NCBI RefSeq assembly: GCF_009914755.1
Contig: NC_060942.1
Source of the DNA: the human T2T-CHM13v2.0 reference genome, Homo sapiens
DNA: 64,000 nucleotides
Reading direction: 5' to 3' (one strand)
Shown: in pieces, positions 30,793 to 47,404 of the stretch
Layout: the number at the start of each line of letters is the position of its first letter
Numbering within the stretch: position 1 is the stretch's first letter
Translations under genes and position numbers: made by a program
The notes under the pieces: model-generated
What the model saw: only the letters and a program-made list of their open reading frames with translations
What the model was told of the DNA's origin: nothing
Databases searched by the model: none

Positions 30793-32443
30793 GCATTGGA
30801 ACCACTGGTAACCTTGGTAATAAGAGAAATGAAGATTGAAAGCTATTTTCTTTTGGTGAAATGGCCATTATGAGATACATGAAATAATCATTGAGGAAGA
30901 GGCCTACATTCTCCAGAAGGGATCATACATCTTGGTGCCATTCAGAGTCAGATGGTGAAAATCAAGACCTCTTTGGAAAACTGCAGAGGTTCCTATTTTA
31001 TTGGTCTGGAGCAGGGCCTTGCATGGCTTTTTAATGCTTCCCAGGTGCTTCTAATGTTCAGCTGTATAGTCCATCATAGTACTTTTTGGGGACAAAGTTC
31101 TAAGGGTGCTCTTTAGCCAAGAGGGTAGGTTAAGTAGAGACAGAATTTTAAAAACACCTACAACATTTCAAAACGGAGTAAAGGTTCTTTGCAGGAACTC
31201 TGAAATTGTAGAAAGATAATATTATATCTTTTAAGGTCACTTGTTACATACAAATTAGTATTTTTAAACTACAGGTCTTTCCCTTGAAATCTTAGAAAAA
31301 GCCCCCCTATCCTCTGGGTGACACTAAGGAAGAGGTAGGTGAGGGTGGAACCAGGGGATCCAAGAGGGTGGGGCAGAGAATGGTCCCATAGGGTAGGAAG
31401 GGTTTGAAGCACCCCAGAATCTACAAAACTAACTGGAGTTATTTGTGATTCCATGGCCATGGGCAACCTAATGTCCTTGGATTTATCCAAGAGGGGTTGA
31501 TAATATGCAAGAGACTTTCCCAGAAATTGGAAGGAGCACCCGACGCTATGGGAAAAGCATGAAGAACTAGTTCTTCTCTGTTTCTTTGATTACTAAAATT
31601 TGCGTATGGGTCCCATTAAATTGGATGTTGCTTTGACATGAACATTTAATTACCTACAAAAATACGCCCCCCAAAACCCAAGAGGAAACAAAGCAATACC
31701 CAATGGTCAATTCAACAGCAAAACCAGTGTTACCTGAGCAGCGTCATTTGCTTTAGGTATTAGCAGCTGAAACAGAAGTTACTTTGTAAGGCTTGTTTCA
31801 AAGAGTCTTGACAAATTCTTAAAGATATCTCCTAACGATAAGGATGTCTCGGAACTTGTGACCGGCTGGGGTATTTAAGATAAAGGAGGAGAAGGTGCAG
31901 GCCAGGAGTCCCCTGAGACGGGAGTCATCCAGGCAAGAATCCAGATGTAAAGCTGCTTCCATGGCTAGGAAAGCAAGAAATGGAAAATATTTGGAATTTG
32001 AGAAGAAACAATTCCTGGGTTTGGCAGAAGATTAAGTATGAAGACAATGCTACATGTTGGGCACAGGGCCACGGTGTGCTTTTCACAATCACATTTAATA
32101 CCCCCAGTAACCTTGCAAGGAGACCTATTTGTGCCTGTTTTACACAAGAGATGACAGGTGTTCAGAAATCAGACCTTTCCATAGCCAAAGAACTGTTCGC
32201 CATTTGCCAGCATCCAATCCAAGAACCAATGAATCACAAATTATTTTTGCTGTTGCTCCTGTGATCCTAGGACTCACTGGTGACAGAAAGCAGAGGGCAA
32301 GTCTAGGAAAGGAAGATCAACAATTCTATCTTTTCTAATTACATTGGTGAAAGAGACACTCGCTTTTTTATGTATTTCAGTATCAGGTTAGGGGAGGGGT
32401 AGGTTTAGTGAGATGCTTTTATAAAAACATCTGTTTCATAGTT

Positions 32444-32742
32444 CAGCGCTGTCCAACAGAAATAAACAGCAAGACACATGTAATTTTATATTATCTAGTA
32501 GCCACATTAAAAAATCAAAAGAAACAAGTAAAATTAATTTTAATAATGTTTTATTTAACTCAACATATTATCATTCCAACATGAAATCAATTTAAAAAAT
32601 TACTGAGTTTACATTTTTTTGGTACTAGGTCTTTAAAAATCAGTGTATATTTCAAACTTAGATGATATTTCAATTTGGATTGGCCTATTTAAAGCGCTCA
32701 ATAGCTGTACGTGGCTACTGGCTACTGTATGACACAGCGCAG
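32444..32742. mobile_element. MER33-like hAT-Charlie element
   Basis: gcgctgtccaacagaaata...tagtagccacattaaaaa...ctcaatagctgtacgtggctactggctactgtatgacacagcgc. Confidence 0.78.
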
Positions 32743-34020
32743 GTAAATAAAGTGATGAGATCCATGGAATTTGATGCATGTTTCAGGGTTTGGATAAGAA
32801 GGAACAAAAATAGACTCTTAGAAATATCCATGGAAAGATGGGCTGAGAAAGCATCTCCAAATGGGACACTATTTGAAGTCTTTACCTCATAATATATAGC
32901 GCCAGAATAATGAAAGTAGCAAATTATTTGAGAGATAGGAACTGAATGAATAGAGCCTCTCTCCCTCTGTCTTCTACTTTGGCCAGGAGACCAAGTGATA
33001 CCAGGGAGCTTCCCAGGGGCTAAATCCTGGCGGGAATGAGTCAGTGGAAGGAGACCCACCTAGTTACAATGAGCATAGAAGAAAACCTATTGCTTAAGTC
33101 ACAGAAAATATAGTTTTTATTAACTTCCCTCCTGTCTCAAGGTTTAATTTACAGAAACTGAAGCAAAAGGCCATCAGACCAGACCAGTAAATCTTGCTAC
33201 AGTTGAAGGTTTGCTTTTTTGTCTCTTAATATGCATTTTGTGACTTAAACCCTAGAATTAAATTCATCTAAAGAGGCAGCTGTGATTTTCTGTAGTTGAT
33301 GGTGGTATTAACAGAGGGTCGGAAGGAATGGAAACAGGCATTTTCAAAAAGAACACTACTTATATAACAAAATTCTTGAAAAATAAAGCCATTATTATAA
33401 TATGATTTTTCGTAGTACCTATTCCAATATACTTAGGGAAGGTGGGGACTAAATAATACTAATAGATGACTAATACAATCATTTCATTTTAAAGTATATA
33501 GTCTTTTGGATAATTGAACAAATGGAAACCTATTTTATTTAAATCATTTCAATTGTAGAAATTAAATCTGGAAATTAAGAGAGAAAACATTTCATCTTTC
33601 TTCTTTCCAACCTTCACATTCTTTCATAAATTATCAAGTAATGGAGTGAGATTTTAAAACAAAAAACAAAAAGTCGGCCTTCATGTAGTATGCAAGGTGA
33701 CAGTGACTTTTATGTCAGTGGTGTCTACTTAGACTGTAAGCTATCTGTTATCTGTCACTTCATAAGACATTCTGAAAAATGTGGCCGGTGCCCTTCTGAA
33801 GCTCAAGGAGTGTGTTTCCAGTTCCTGTGATCAGAAACAGAGAAATGCCCTGTTTCCCGACATTACCCTACATGAATGCATGCCTCCTCCCCTATCCACC
33901 AGCAAAAAACTTCCCTTACAGGATCTGGACATAGCCCCCAAATCTGGGGCAGAGCCAGGAGGGTTGTCCCAGGGTAGAAAGGAAATTATTTCTTTGGAAC
34001 TCCTTTAGAAATGGGTGGTT

Positions 34021-34466
34021 GGGGCAAGGTGCAGTGGCTCACACCTGTAATCCCAGCGCTTTGGCCAAGGCCAAGGTAGAAGAATTGCCTGAGGCCAGGA
34101 GTTTGAGACCAGTCTGGGCAACATAGCGCGACCCCATCTCTACAAAAAATAAAAAAATTAGCCAGGTGCAGTGGCTCACACCTAGAGTCCCAGCACTTTC
34201 GGAGGCTGAGACGGAAGAATTGCTGAGGCCAGGAGTTCAAGACCAGCCTAGGGAACACAGTCTGACCCTGTCTCTACAAAAAATTAAAAAAAAAAAAGCT
34301 GGGCATGGGGGCATGCACCTGTGGTCTCAGCTCCTGAGAAGGCTGAGGTGGAAGGGTCACTTAAGCCCAGAAGGTCAAGGCTGCAATGAGCCATGTTTGC
34401 ACCACTGCACTCCAGCCTGGGCGACAGAACAAGACCCTGGCTCCAAAATAATAATAATAATAAAAA
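34021..34466 (+). mobile_element. Trimeric AluJ-like element (left-left-right)
   Basis: Two left monomers, each with an A-rich linker, then a right monomer; outer TSD aaatgggtgg. Confidence 0.85.
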
Positions 34467-35094
34467 AAATGGGTGGGCAGGGGCATGGGAGGAGATATCT
34501 CATAAACATAAATGTATACTGCCTACTTGTAAATCACTCTCCATCTTTAAACAATTTGTATATTTATTTATCTACCTTAAGTTCGTAAGTTCCATGGCCC
34601 TTCATTTTTTGTAAACTATACTATTTTGGCTTCTTGGACTTTTGCATACAGATCTAAATATAATGCCTCACTGCTGAGAATCTCTTTTTTTTCTAGTTCA
34701 CAAGTTGATGAACCAACTGATCTCCTATAAAATTATCAGAACCTATAAGAAAGCATGTTTTTAAAGAAGGAAGGAACAAAGGTGTTGGGGAGAAATCACC
34801 ATCTTTTTTTGTACTACATTGAGAATTATGAATATCATTGTAGAGCAAAATATCACAGTATTCCATTCTCCTGTGACATTTTTACATGGACTCAACTAAG
34901 CTGCGGGTCCAATCCTGATTCGAAGATGTCCAGCCATTGTCCAAGACATCCAGCCTAGGCAGCAGGGTGGCTCACACAGCACTTTCACATCCTGCCCCCT
35001 GCCTCCACGAGGCTACACTGCTATGCTGGTCAAAGGAAAAACAGGTTACCAAATACATGCACGTCGGAGTCTGATTTTTCAGTTTTTCAGATTA

Positions 35095-35274
<180 letters not shown>

Positions 35275-36064
35275 CTACAGAGAGATAAGCAAGTTTAGAT
35301 ACTTTTTCTCTTTACAGTAGAAAGATAGGAAATACATATAGCATAAAGAATAAACGAGTGATTAACGATACTCATTCAGTAATAAAACCTGAAAAACCGG
35401 CAAGCTCTTGCTTTTGTTATAATGAATATCAGAAAAACCAATTCTGTAGCAAAGAAAAGGAAATCTTCACATGCTCAGAAATAAGGAGCTGAACTAATGT
35501 TCACTTCAAATAACTCTGAGGACTATGAAGGCTTATTATACTAAGAAATTCTTGCATTTAACAATTGACACATGGCAACTAGTATGATATGAAAAGTCTA
35601 TTCATTCCAAATAAAATGACAATCAAACACTTCAAACAATACATATCTAAATAAAATGCGTATGAGTTAGCCCTCTCTTTGAAAACTTCCTCATTGCTAT
35701 GCACTTGGAATAAAAACAGACCTCTGACACCTGTGTTCTACAAAATGTTTTCTTAAACTTTCATTTTTCAAATCAGGAAAAAGAGAGCATACTGGTCTAG
35801 CCATCAGCTCACATACTTAAAGCAACCTTGCAAAGAGATACCACAAGTTCATCAGTCAACAGAATATACCCTCAAATGATAAATATGTGCTTGCTCATGA
35901 ACCACAAGCGAACTGCTCTTCTGCATGCCTGACTTCTTGAAGAAATCAAGTTCCCAAAGTGTAACTGAGGCAGATGCTGATGTGCGGTTGCACAAGCAAA
36001 GGTGCAATGTGAGCAAACAGACCAGAATGAGGATATCACCTGGTGGCAGTAACAACATGTTTAA

Positions 36065-36372
<308 letters not shown>

Positions 36373-36515
36373 CGCCCTGCTAATTTTTATATTTGTTGTA
36401 GAAACAGGGTTTTTCCATGTTGCCCATGCTGATCTTGACCTCCTGGGCTCAGGCGATCTGTTCATCTCAGCCTCCCAAAGCGCTAGGATTACAGGCGTGA
36501 ACCACCTCACCCAGG
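36373..36515 (-). mobile_element. Older Alu left arm plus linker abutting the AluY
   Basis: cgccctgctaatttttatatttgttgtagaaacaggg...ggattacaggcgtgaaccacc. Confidence 0.85.
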
Positions 36516-37868
36516 TAGAAACTATACTCTTGAGAAAATAAATTATTACATCCTTTCCATGGATACAATATAAATATTTCAAATGCTATCAAAACACGGT
36601 TGTTTGCTTTTCAATTAGAGCCCAAACCACAGACAAGTAAAGATAGGTCTCTGGTATTCAATGAAGGGGTCAAACATTTAGAGTATCTAACTGAAGAGTA
36701 AGCTAAAATAGCATTTATGTACAAATTCTGTAACACCGATGACACACGTATACTCTCAGATTTATAATTTTAGCCAAAGATTGTTTTCAAACATGCAAAC
36801 AATGTATGGCAAAGCCAGGGATAAGGCACACTGAAGGGATTTTGAAAAATGCCTTTGATGGAGACCACAAAGGGGAAGTCATCTAGTTTTTGTGCATAAA
36901 ATGCAGCATGATAAAATATAAATTTGCAAAACATCATAGATTTTATGATCTGGAACAGCTTCAGGAGTTACCTGGGGCACAACTGTTAGACTACTTAGCA
37001 TTAACCACATGTCCAAGCAAGACTGTGAATGCACATGCTTTCTGAAGCTCAACATCTACTGTGAATGGGGTGGTGACTGGGCCTTTACGCAAAATGTTTA
37101 CCATCTGTGTTGTGCGTTTCTACATGCTGAATTAACAGAGCCTAGAAACAGTTATAGAAAAAGAGTTAATGTTTTAGTTCTTAAATCGGCTGGTCGGCTC
37201 AAGGGTGTTTACTACATTATTCTTTATATGTTTCTAGATATTTTTAACAATGCAAAATAGATATTGAAAAACACAACAGGATGTTTGTAACACACAAAGA
37301 AGAGGAGTTAAAGGGGTATTGGGTATTGGAAAAAAATAAAAAAAACAAGACAGTTGGTAGGAAATATGAAACAGGTAAGGTTCAGAAATACTAAAAGTAG
37401 CATTTTAAAATCTGGATGACAGAAAACATATTTTTCCTTTAAAAATGCAATCATACAACCTCCACTTTTAAGAGATACGTACTGACTTCCTGTTAGAAAA
37501 TGATTTCCTGGCTACGGACACACAAACACACACACACAGGCACACACACACCTCCCTCCCTGTTACATTTCAGCCCATCACAGCGCGGCAGAGTCTGTAA
37601 TAGTTTTTCAATTGGACACATTCTCTATCCTGCCTGAGGGTGCTCAGGCGAAAATGAACAGATTTGCAGGGTTAATATTGTCGTTAGACTGTGACCTCAT
37701 TCAGCATGGCTCTAACACTGCCAGGTCTGTACAGAAAGAGAAAAAAATGAAAGCATAACTGATCGGTTGAAGCATTCCAGATTTCTCAGAATATATACCA
37801 TTTACACTGTAAGTCATAAATGCAATGGATATTGCTAAATTTAAAATTAAACCAGTGTTTCTTCAGCT

Positions 37869-37892
37869 GGGGGTGGGGGTGGGGTGGGGTGG
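37869..37892 (+). repeat. G-tract array (potential G-quadruplex)
   Basis: gggggtgggggtggggtggggtgg: four runs of at least 4 G with single-T loops. Confidence 0.75.
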
Positions 37893-38040
37893 AGATTGGC
37901 CCTTAAGGGCAAGGATTAGCAATGCCCTCCTTTGGTGAGCCCTCTTGGTTCTCCTAGGCGCTTTCCCCATCCTGGATGTTCTCCTCTTTCTGCAGGGTTG
38001 CTGTGGCTGCGCTCATTTCTAAGGCATTAACTGATACTAG

Positions 38041-38693
<653 letters not shown>

Positions 38694-38919
38694 ATATATA
38701 AGAACTTTTAAAATCCTTAGGCTGGGGTTGGGGGGGCGATATTTGGGGCTGAGAGTTTGGGCACTTGTATTAGACACTGAAGTTGATGCTCAATATGTAT
38801 CCCATTGACTCCAGATGTTTCACCTAACACAATTGTGGCAACCTCTTCCTTGGCCAGTAGCTGGAGCTGACACTTTCTCAACTTCACCTGGATGGACACT
38901 GAAGTCCAGGATGGGATGC

Positions 38920-39150
38920 TGCTACCTGCAGCTGCCATCTCCCTGCCAATTTAAGGATGAAGCCAATGCCCAGGATGGCAGAGCTGAGAGCTGGAAGGAA
39001 GCCAGGTCCTCGCTGACATTGTTGACACACTGCATCAGCCATCTCTCAGCCTCCCACCTCTAGATTTCCTGTGACTTGGGAAAATAAATTTCTGTATTTG
39101 TAAAGCTAGTTTGAAATGGGATTTCTGCCACCTGTCTTGATAAGGAATCC
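38920..39150 (+). mobile_element. MLT1 LTR 3' portion
   Basis: ggatgaagccaa...ggatggcagagctgagagctggaaggaagccaggtcct...aaaataaatttctgtatttgtaaagctagtttga. Confidence 0.65.
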
Positions 39151-39577
39151 TTCCTGTTACACAGCTGCTTCCCTGCGAGGTCATTTGGCTTGGGGGCCTT
39201 GGCCAGGGATGCCAAGCATGGCTGCCTGCTGAGATGCAGCAGAGCCTTCTGTCGTTCATCAACGTCCTCAACTCTACCTTCCCATCATCATTTTAGTTTG
39301 TGTATGTCTTTCAGGATTACTTCTGGAGAAAGGAAAACCATAACCTTTAACCAGAAAGAGTGCAAGGGACTTGGATGTGCCGTCACACTGCTGAAGAAAC
39401 AACTCAGAGTGCTGAAGACTATTTCGATTTCTGCGCATTGCTCAGGCAAAGAGCTCTGTGATAAAACTCCCTCCGGAATACAGACGAAGAACCCGGGAGA
39501 GGAACCCTTGTCTTAACATGAAGCTACTTGATTACTGCTCCTCCCCTGTGCAGCCCATTGTTCTCTCCTTTGCAACA

Positions 39578-39883
39578 TTTTTACTAATTTATTTTTTAGA
39601 GACAGGGTCTTGCTCTGTTGCCCAGGCTGCAGTGCAGTGGCGCAATCATAGCTCACTACAGCCTTGAGTTCCTGAGCTCAAGTGATCTTTTTGTCTCAGT
39701 CTCCCAAGTAGCTAGGACTACAAGTGTGCACCACCACACCTGGCCAACTAATAACATTTTTTTGTAGACACAGGGTCTTGCTATGTTGCTCAGACTGGTC
39801 TTAAACTCCTGGCCTCAAATGATCTTCCCACCTAGGCCTCCCAAAGTGCTGGAATTACAGGCATGAGCCACCAGGCCTGGGCC
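39578..39883 (-). mobile_element. AluJ
   Basis: Antisense Alu with J diagnostics. Confidence 0.9.
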
Positions 39884-39887
39884 ATGA

Positions 39888-40227
<340 letters not shown>

Positions 40228-40758
40228 TGAGTGCCAGACACTGTTCAAGGTGATAAGTGAACAAGAGTAAACAAAACAGGCTGGTCTCTGGCCTCAGCAG
40301 TCCTGCTGTTCAGTGGGAGGGAGCCCATGAAACATGCGACTACAATCAGGACAGAGGAAGGCCGGGCTACTATGGCAGCTGATGGAGAGGACATTTAACC
40401 CAGGGTTGGGGGCTGGGAAGGATGGGGAAGGATCCCTAGAGACTGAGAACTGAGAAGTTAACAAACACTGGGAGGTTGGAAGGAGAGTGCCCAGTGCTAT
40501 TCCCAAGGCTCCAAAGTGGGAGAGCACATGGTACCTTTCAGAAATTAAAAGTTCAATATAGCGTCGCAACCACTTATTTTTTTCTCCAAGGTTGAGGGAT
40601 AATGCGGGAGACAGAAGCTTGTATGTTGATCTGTGGTCTGAGAACCACAGAATTAAATGATAATTTACAATGAAAAAATAAATGAAGCCCACCATAACAT
40701 CCTTGTGTCTGGAGAAGAGGAGGTAGAAAGGTTGGGAGCTAAGACCCCACAATCTAAA

Positions 40759-41270
<512 letters not shown>

Positions 41271-41394
41271 TAACTTTGGGTAGCAAGTAAACTTTGCTAG
41301 AATTTTTCTTAATATTTGGAAGCCCAAATTATGACAAACTTGAATTTCCCACTTCTGTGATGGAGAAGCAGGAGTAATTTAGAACTGAATACAA

Positions 41395-41643
41395 TTTATT
41401 CTTATTTCTTAGAGACTCGGTCTCACTCTGTTGCCGAGGCTAGAATGGAGTGGTGCTATCAGGGATCACTGAAGCCTTGAGCTCCTGGGGTCAAGCGATC
41501 CTCCTGCCTCATTTTTCCAAGTAGGTGGGACTACAGGTGTGTGCCACCACACTTGGCTAATTAAAATTTTTTTTTCTTTTGTAGAGATGGGGACTTGCTA
41601 TGTTTATCCAGGCTGGTCTTGAACTCCTGGCCTCAAGTGATCA
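41395..41643 (-). mobile_element. AluJ, 5'-truncated
   Basis: Antisense right arm, linker and part of the left arm. Confidence 0.85.
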
Positions 41644-42728
41644 AATGCCTTACGACCCCTCACAAACACATTCATTTCCCTCTCCCTTTCTAACAGTATT
41701 TCTCCCTTCTTTACTGACACTATACTTTTTTTTTTTTAAAAAAAGAATGATGCCCTGTGGATTTGGAAGAGCACTGAAGAAAAGGTGTCAGGAACAAAAG
41801 GGCACGTACTGTATGATTGTATTTACATGAAGTGACAGGCAGGCAGGACGATGACAAAGATCAGAACACTGGCCACCTTTGGGAGTAGTGACTGGAAGAG
41901 GGAGTGACCAGCAAAGCTGCACATCTTGATCTGAGTGGTGACACAGTTGTATACATACGCACATGGAAGGTTCATTCACTTTAAGTTCTATTAAATAAAA
42001 ATAAGATAAACTGAAAATAATCTTGGAAAAAAAATCCTCCAATCAGAACACTTTACTGTTGAAATACTTACTTAAATTTCTGTGAAATAACACTTATTTT
42101 TAAAGCCAAAAAAAGTGCTTATTATTTCCTTTGATAGAATTCACCAAATCTGACTAAAATATACTCTGACATGAAACAGCCCTTAGGAATTCTCTAATTC
42201 CTCTTTTCCCATATCTGTCCTGTATAGATTTTCCAGGCGTGCTGATTGGTGCATCTTTAACATTTCCATTTCCTAGCTGCTTCCCATAGCTTCATCATCC
42301 ATCTCACCTACCCAACAGAGGAGCAATGATTTTTTTGGTAGTAGAATCCTTCAAGGGATTTGACTTCAGGCATCTTTCAAAAGAAGAAGAAGAAAAATCT
42401 GCCTTCTAACCTAGCTGTGTGCTGTTCAAACAGGAGCCCTGGGGGTACTGCCTTGAACAAATGAGCTGAAGTTTAAACTGAAAGTTTTAATGACTTTCTT
42501 TGTTAAGAATGTATGTCCCTGTCTTATGTCACGTTTCACTATTGAGTTTGACCATATTACCTCTTTCACTGGAGAAAGAAACAGGTTTCTTAGTGATACC
42601 TCCAGAAAAGCATGTCAGTGGTAAAATACCTATATCCTTTGACATTTTAATTCATAACATTCAGTAGAGCAGTGAAAGAATTTAATACAGATCATAACTT
42701 TTCCACAAATTTCAACCTGGATTTAAAT

Positions 42729-42729
<1 letters not shown>

Positions 42730-42763
<34 letters not shown>

Positions 42764-42766
42764 GCA
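42730..42766. repeat. (TC)n(CA)n compound microsatellite
   Basis: Direct reading. Confidence 0.9.
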
Positions 42767-43819
42767 CAACATCTGTATTATATGGCATACTTGGATATGG
42801 GAATGTTCTGATTAATTCTGATAGTCTGACAAGGGTAATCAAAGTGTCTTAGGCAAGGATCTTGCTTCCTGGGATGGAAATTTGTGGTTGCCTTGGGAGT
42901 GTTGTTTCAGGAATGACATAATCATTGGACCCTCAATAAAGGTTCTAATAAGAAAACATCACTTTACTGACCACAGCTACTTAATTGTATAGCAAGTCTC
43001 TCAACCATAACATCAACGTGTTTTGAAAGAGGCCTCACTGGTTTCTTCATTCATTCAAGTGCTATTTATTGGGCACCTATCACCTGCCAAACTCTATGGT
43101 CTCTATTGACTTTAACTAAATAGCAGAATGAGCCTGAAGAGAAAGAAAATAATCTTTCTGGTAATTTCACTTAAGTAAAAAAAAAAAAACAAACTCGGCA
43201 GTGATTCAAAATTGATGAGTACTGTATGCATAATTTATTTAGAGAACAGTTTCTGTCAATCTTGACCATTTGGGAAACAGCAAAGAATTAGCCCAAAAAA
43301 GTCTTCTGAGTATCCACATTTGATGTCAAGTTTTCTAGTCACTTTATTCACAGGAGCCCCCTTCAAATTCATAGAGACTACTTATTCTTTTTTTTAAGAA
43401 TATAATAAAATTTTTTTTAATTTTATTTTTGACACTTAATTGTACATATTTATGAGGTACAGAGTGTTAGTTCCATATATCTATACAATGCTCAAATCAG
43501 AATAATTAGGATATCCATCACTTCAACCATGTATCGTTTCTTTGTGTTACTTATTCTTAATCTTTATGAGAAGTGGGATTACTGGTTTTCCAGCTCACAG
43601 GACAGTAGCTACTCGCTAAAATCATCTAAAATTAAGTCATCCAAAGATCAAACCTCAGACAAAATTAGATTGGAAAGTATCTAATACATTGAATAAAAAT
43701 TTCCATCCCAAAACAGTAAAGGAAAACATTTTTCTAAGTTAAGACAATTTTCAAAACCCCATATAGCTGGAAAAGTCACATATACAGGGCACCCTAAGTA
43801 AGGGTACAGGAGAAAAAGC

Positions 43820-44020
43820 CCTGTTCCTTCGGAATCTGAAGACCTGGTTTGAACTCAGCCGCCCGCCCCGTGCGATCTCTGAGAAGTTACCAAACCGATC
43901 TAACCCCAGTATCCTCATCTCTAAGACAGGAATAAATCGCCCTACCTGACAGAGGGGCAAAGATGGCAGTAGATGAGACAGTGTTTGGGAAGACATCTAA
44001 CAGAGCGTCTGGCATTTAGA
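43820..44020 (+). mobile_element. MIR
   Basis: gaagacctggtttgaactcagcc...aagttacc...ccccagtatcctcatctctaagacaggaataa. Confidence 0.7.
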
Positions 44021-46099
44021 AGGAAAAAATGAAGTTTCTTTCTTTCCTCCGAGCACAAAAAAAGTGAAATTTGACAAGCCAGATGGACAGACAGACAAGC
44101 CTTCTATGGGCCTAGCGAGAAGTACAGTGAACTACTCTAAGGTCGCTGAGCGGCAAGGCCCAACAAAAAGGCAGTGCTTTGCATTGATGTAACACAGTAT
44201 TACATTGTGGGGTGCAGATAAATAGAAAGAAAATGGGACAAGATGCTAATTATGTGCCTTGGACAAAGTGTATGAAAGGAAGTAGAGAATGAAATCATCA
44301 CAGTAGGTTCACGAAATGGCACTTGAGCTGTATTACTTTTCCTTTTCAGATTAAAATCGTAATTTCACAGAATTAAAAACAAATTAAAAATAGGGTGCTT
44401 CAAAGTTGTTTCAAAATGACCAGGGACTGTGTTAAATTAATCTGCAGTTCTTTCCTAATCTGAAGTGGTAAAATGTTACCCTTCTTGCTGTGGGGCAGGA
44501 CAAGGCGTTACTGCTGTTTATCTATTTCACTGCACAGTCTGTCTGCCAGATACAGAGTGAGTGTCCTCAACATGCCTTTTTGTTTTTTTTCTTTTTCATA
44601 GTGAAATATGTATCTGAGAAGCTCCCTTATTAGATTACCAAGCTGAGGCCATGAAAAGAATGACTATTGGCCAACATTTCTTTGCTTTTAGTTCAAAAGG
44701 AAAATGAACTTGAGAAAAATAACATCTGAATAGAATTTCGCATGTTTTTTTAAATTAGATTTCTTACATATTTTTAAATACACTTAAAACACTAGAGAAT
44801 ATTTTAAATACATTCTACAGCTCAAATATAGCTACTATTCACTTTTAAAAAGTTAAAACAGCATTAAAAGTGACAGAGCTGCTTCAGTAATAATAGTGCT
44901 ATAGGGAAAGGTCATTTTTGCAAATGTGTGTAGGTACAATAAAAAATTCTAGCATTAAATGCACCAAAATATTAGTAGGGATTAGGACTGGGTGATGATG
45001 CTATGGGCAAAAATTTTCAGTTGTTTTTATTCCTTTATGCTATACAGAGTTGAATATTTACTACTTTTGAATTTTAAAAATGGAAAAAACAGCACTCAAT
45101 GGCCCAATTAAATCATTTAGTATATACTCTTGACACAGTGCTATATTTTACCTTCATAATAGGGATTTTTGACATTTTTAAGAGGTCAGAATAAAGAAAT
45201 ACAAGAATGGAACTAAACTTAGGGATAATACTTCCCTTTCCTTAATTTTCTTGCCAGGGAGGAAACACGTGGAACTGAAAATTAAATGGGCTTCAGGTCA
45301 AGGGAGCTCGTATTCAGCTGACACAGAAGACGATTTCATTTGATCCTGAAAGACAGGGGCAGTCGCCTATGGTTCCCACACTCTCGGGGTCTATCTGGTC
45401 ATCTGCCCCCTCTTCCAGATCCCTCCATTCCCAGCTCTAAAACATTGCAAGAGCAAAATGATCAAAGCTATCCAAGTACACTGCCTGTGTTTCCTGAAGT
45501 CGCCCTGCACACGCTGTTGTGGGGGGAAGATGCGAACAACAGCAAAGGTTGGCAATGAAACAGCGTCTAACATGTAGAGAGGGCCTTCGAGTCTGAAATC
45601 AGAAACCTCTGCACAATGTTAGGTATTATCACCATTTCACAGAGAAGGAAGTTGACTCTGAGGTCAAGTGGCTTAGCCTATAATTATCTAGTAATAAATT
45701 TACTGTGATATTTTACATGCTAGCCATTGTGTACCCAGATAAGGTTGCCACTCTCTTATTACTAGGCTATACATGCTCTGACATTCCCTGGAGGAGGGAG
45801 AGATTTGCCTTGTTCCTTTCACCCTGTCTGTGTTTGGGGGTGAACATACTGGCTGGAGGCTTAGAAGGAGGGTCAGTGATCACAGAGAAGGCGGGGACCA
45901 GCTGGCCCAGGAAGTGGACACCTCCCCTGCCACAGAGAATTGGCACTTTATTCACTCCCCCAACTCTTAGTTCCATGTGCATTTAGCAGGACACATCGGC
46001 CTCTAAATAAATCATAAACTTATTAACTTCTTGGATGTGGTCATTGAAATTCCTCATTCAGCAGAGTATCGAAAGCTAAATGTGCTCCTTTTAACTTGA

Positions 46100-46420
<321 letters not shown>

Positions 46421-46613
46421 TCCTCTGAGATTCTTAAGTGCCCATTTGCTTGACGTTTTTGCATTAAAAAAAAAAAATTAAAATGCACAGGTTTATACGT
46501 ACATGACTTACTCTATATAATAAATGTGTTCATAAAAAGTTCATTTGCTCATTTGTTCATTTATTTAGAAAATGTTGGCTGGTTGCTCTATTTGGTGCCA
46601 GGCTAGGGCACTA

Positions 46614-47004
<391 letters not shown>

Positions 47005-47061
47005 ATTTTTTTTTTCAATCAAATTATGCCTGAAATACTCTGAGAACTAAATAATACTTAA

Positions 47062-47404
<343 letters not shown>

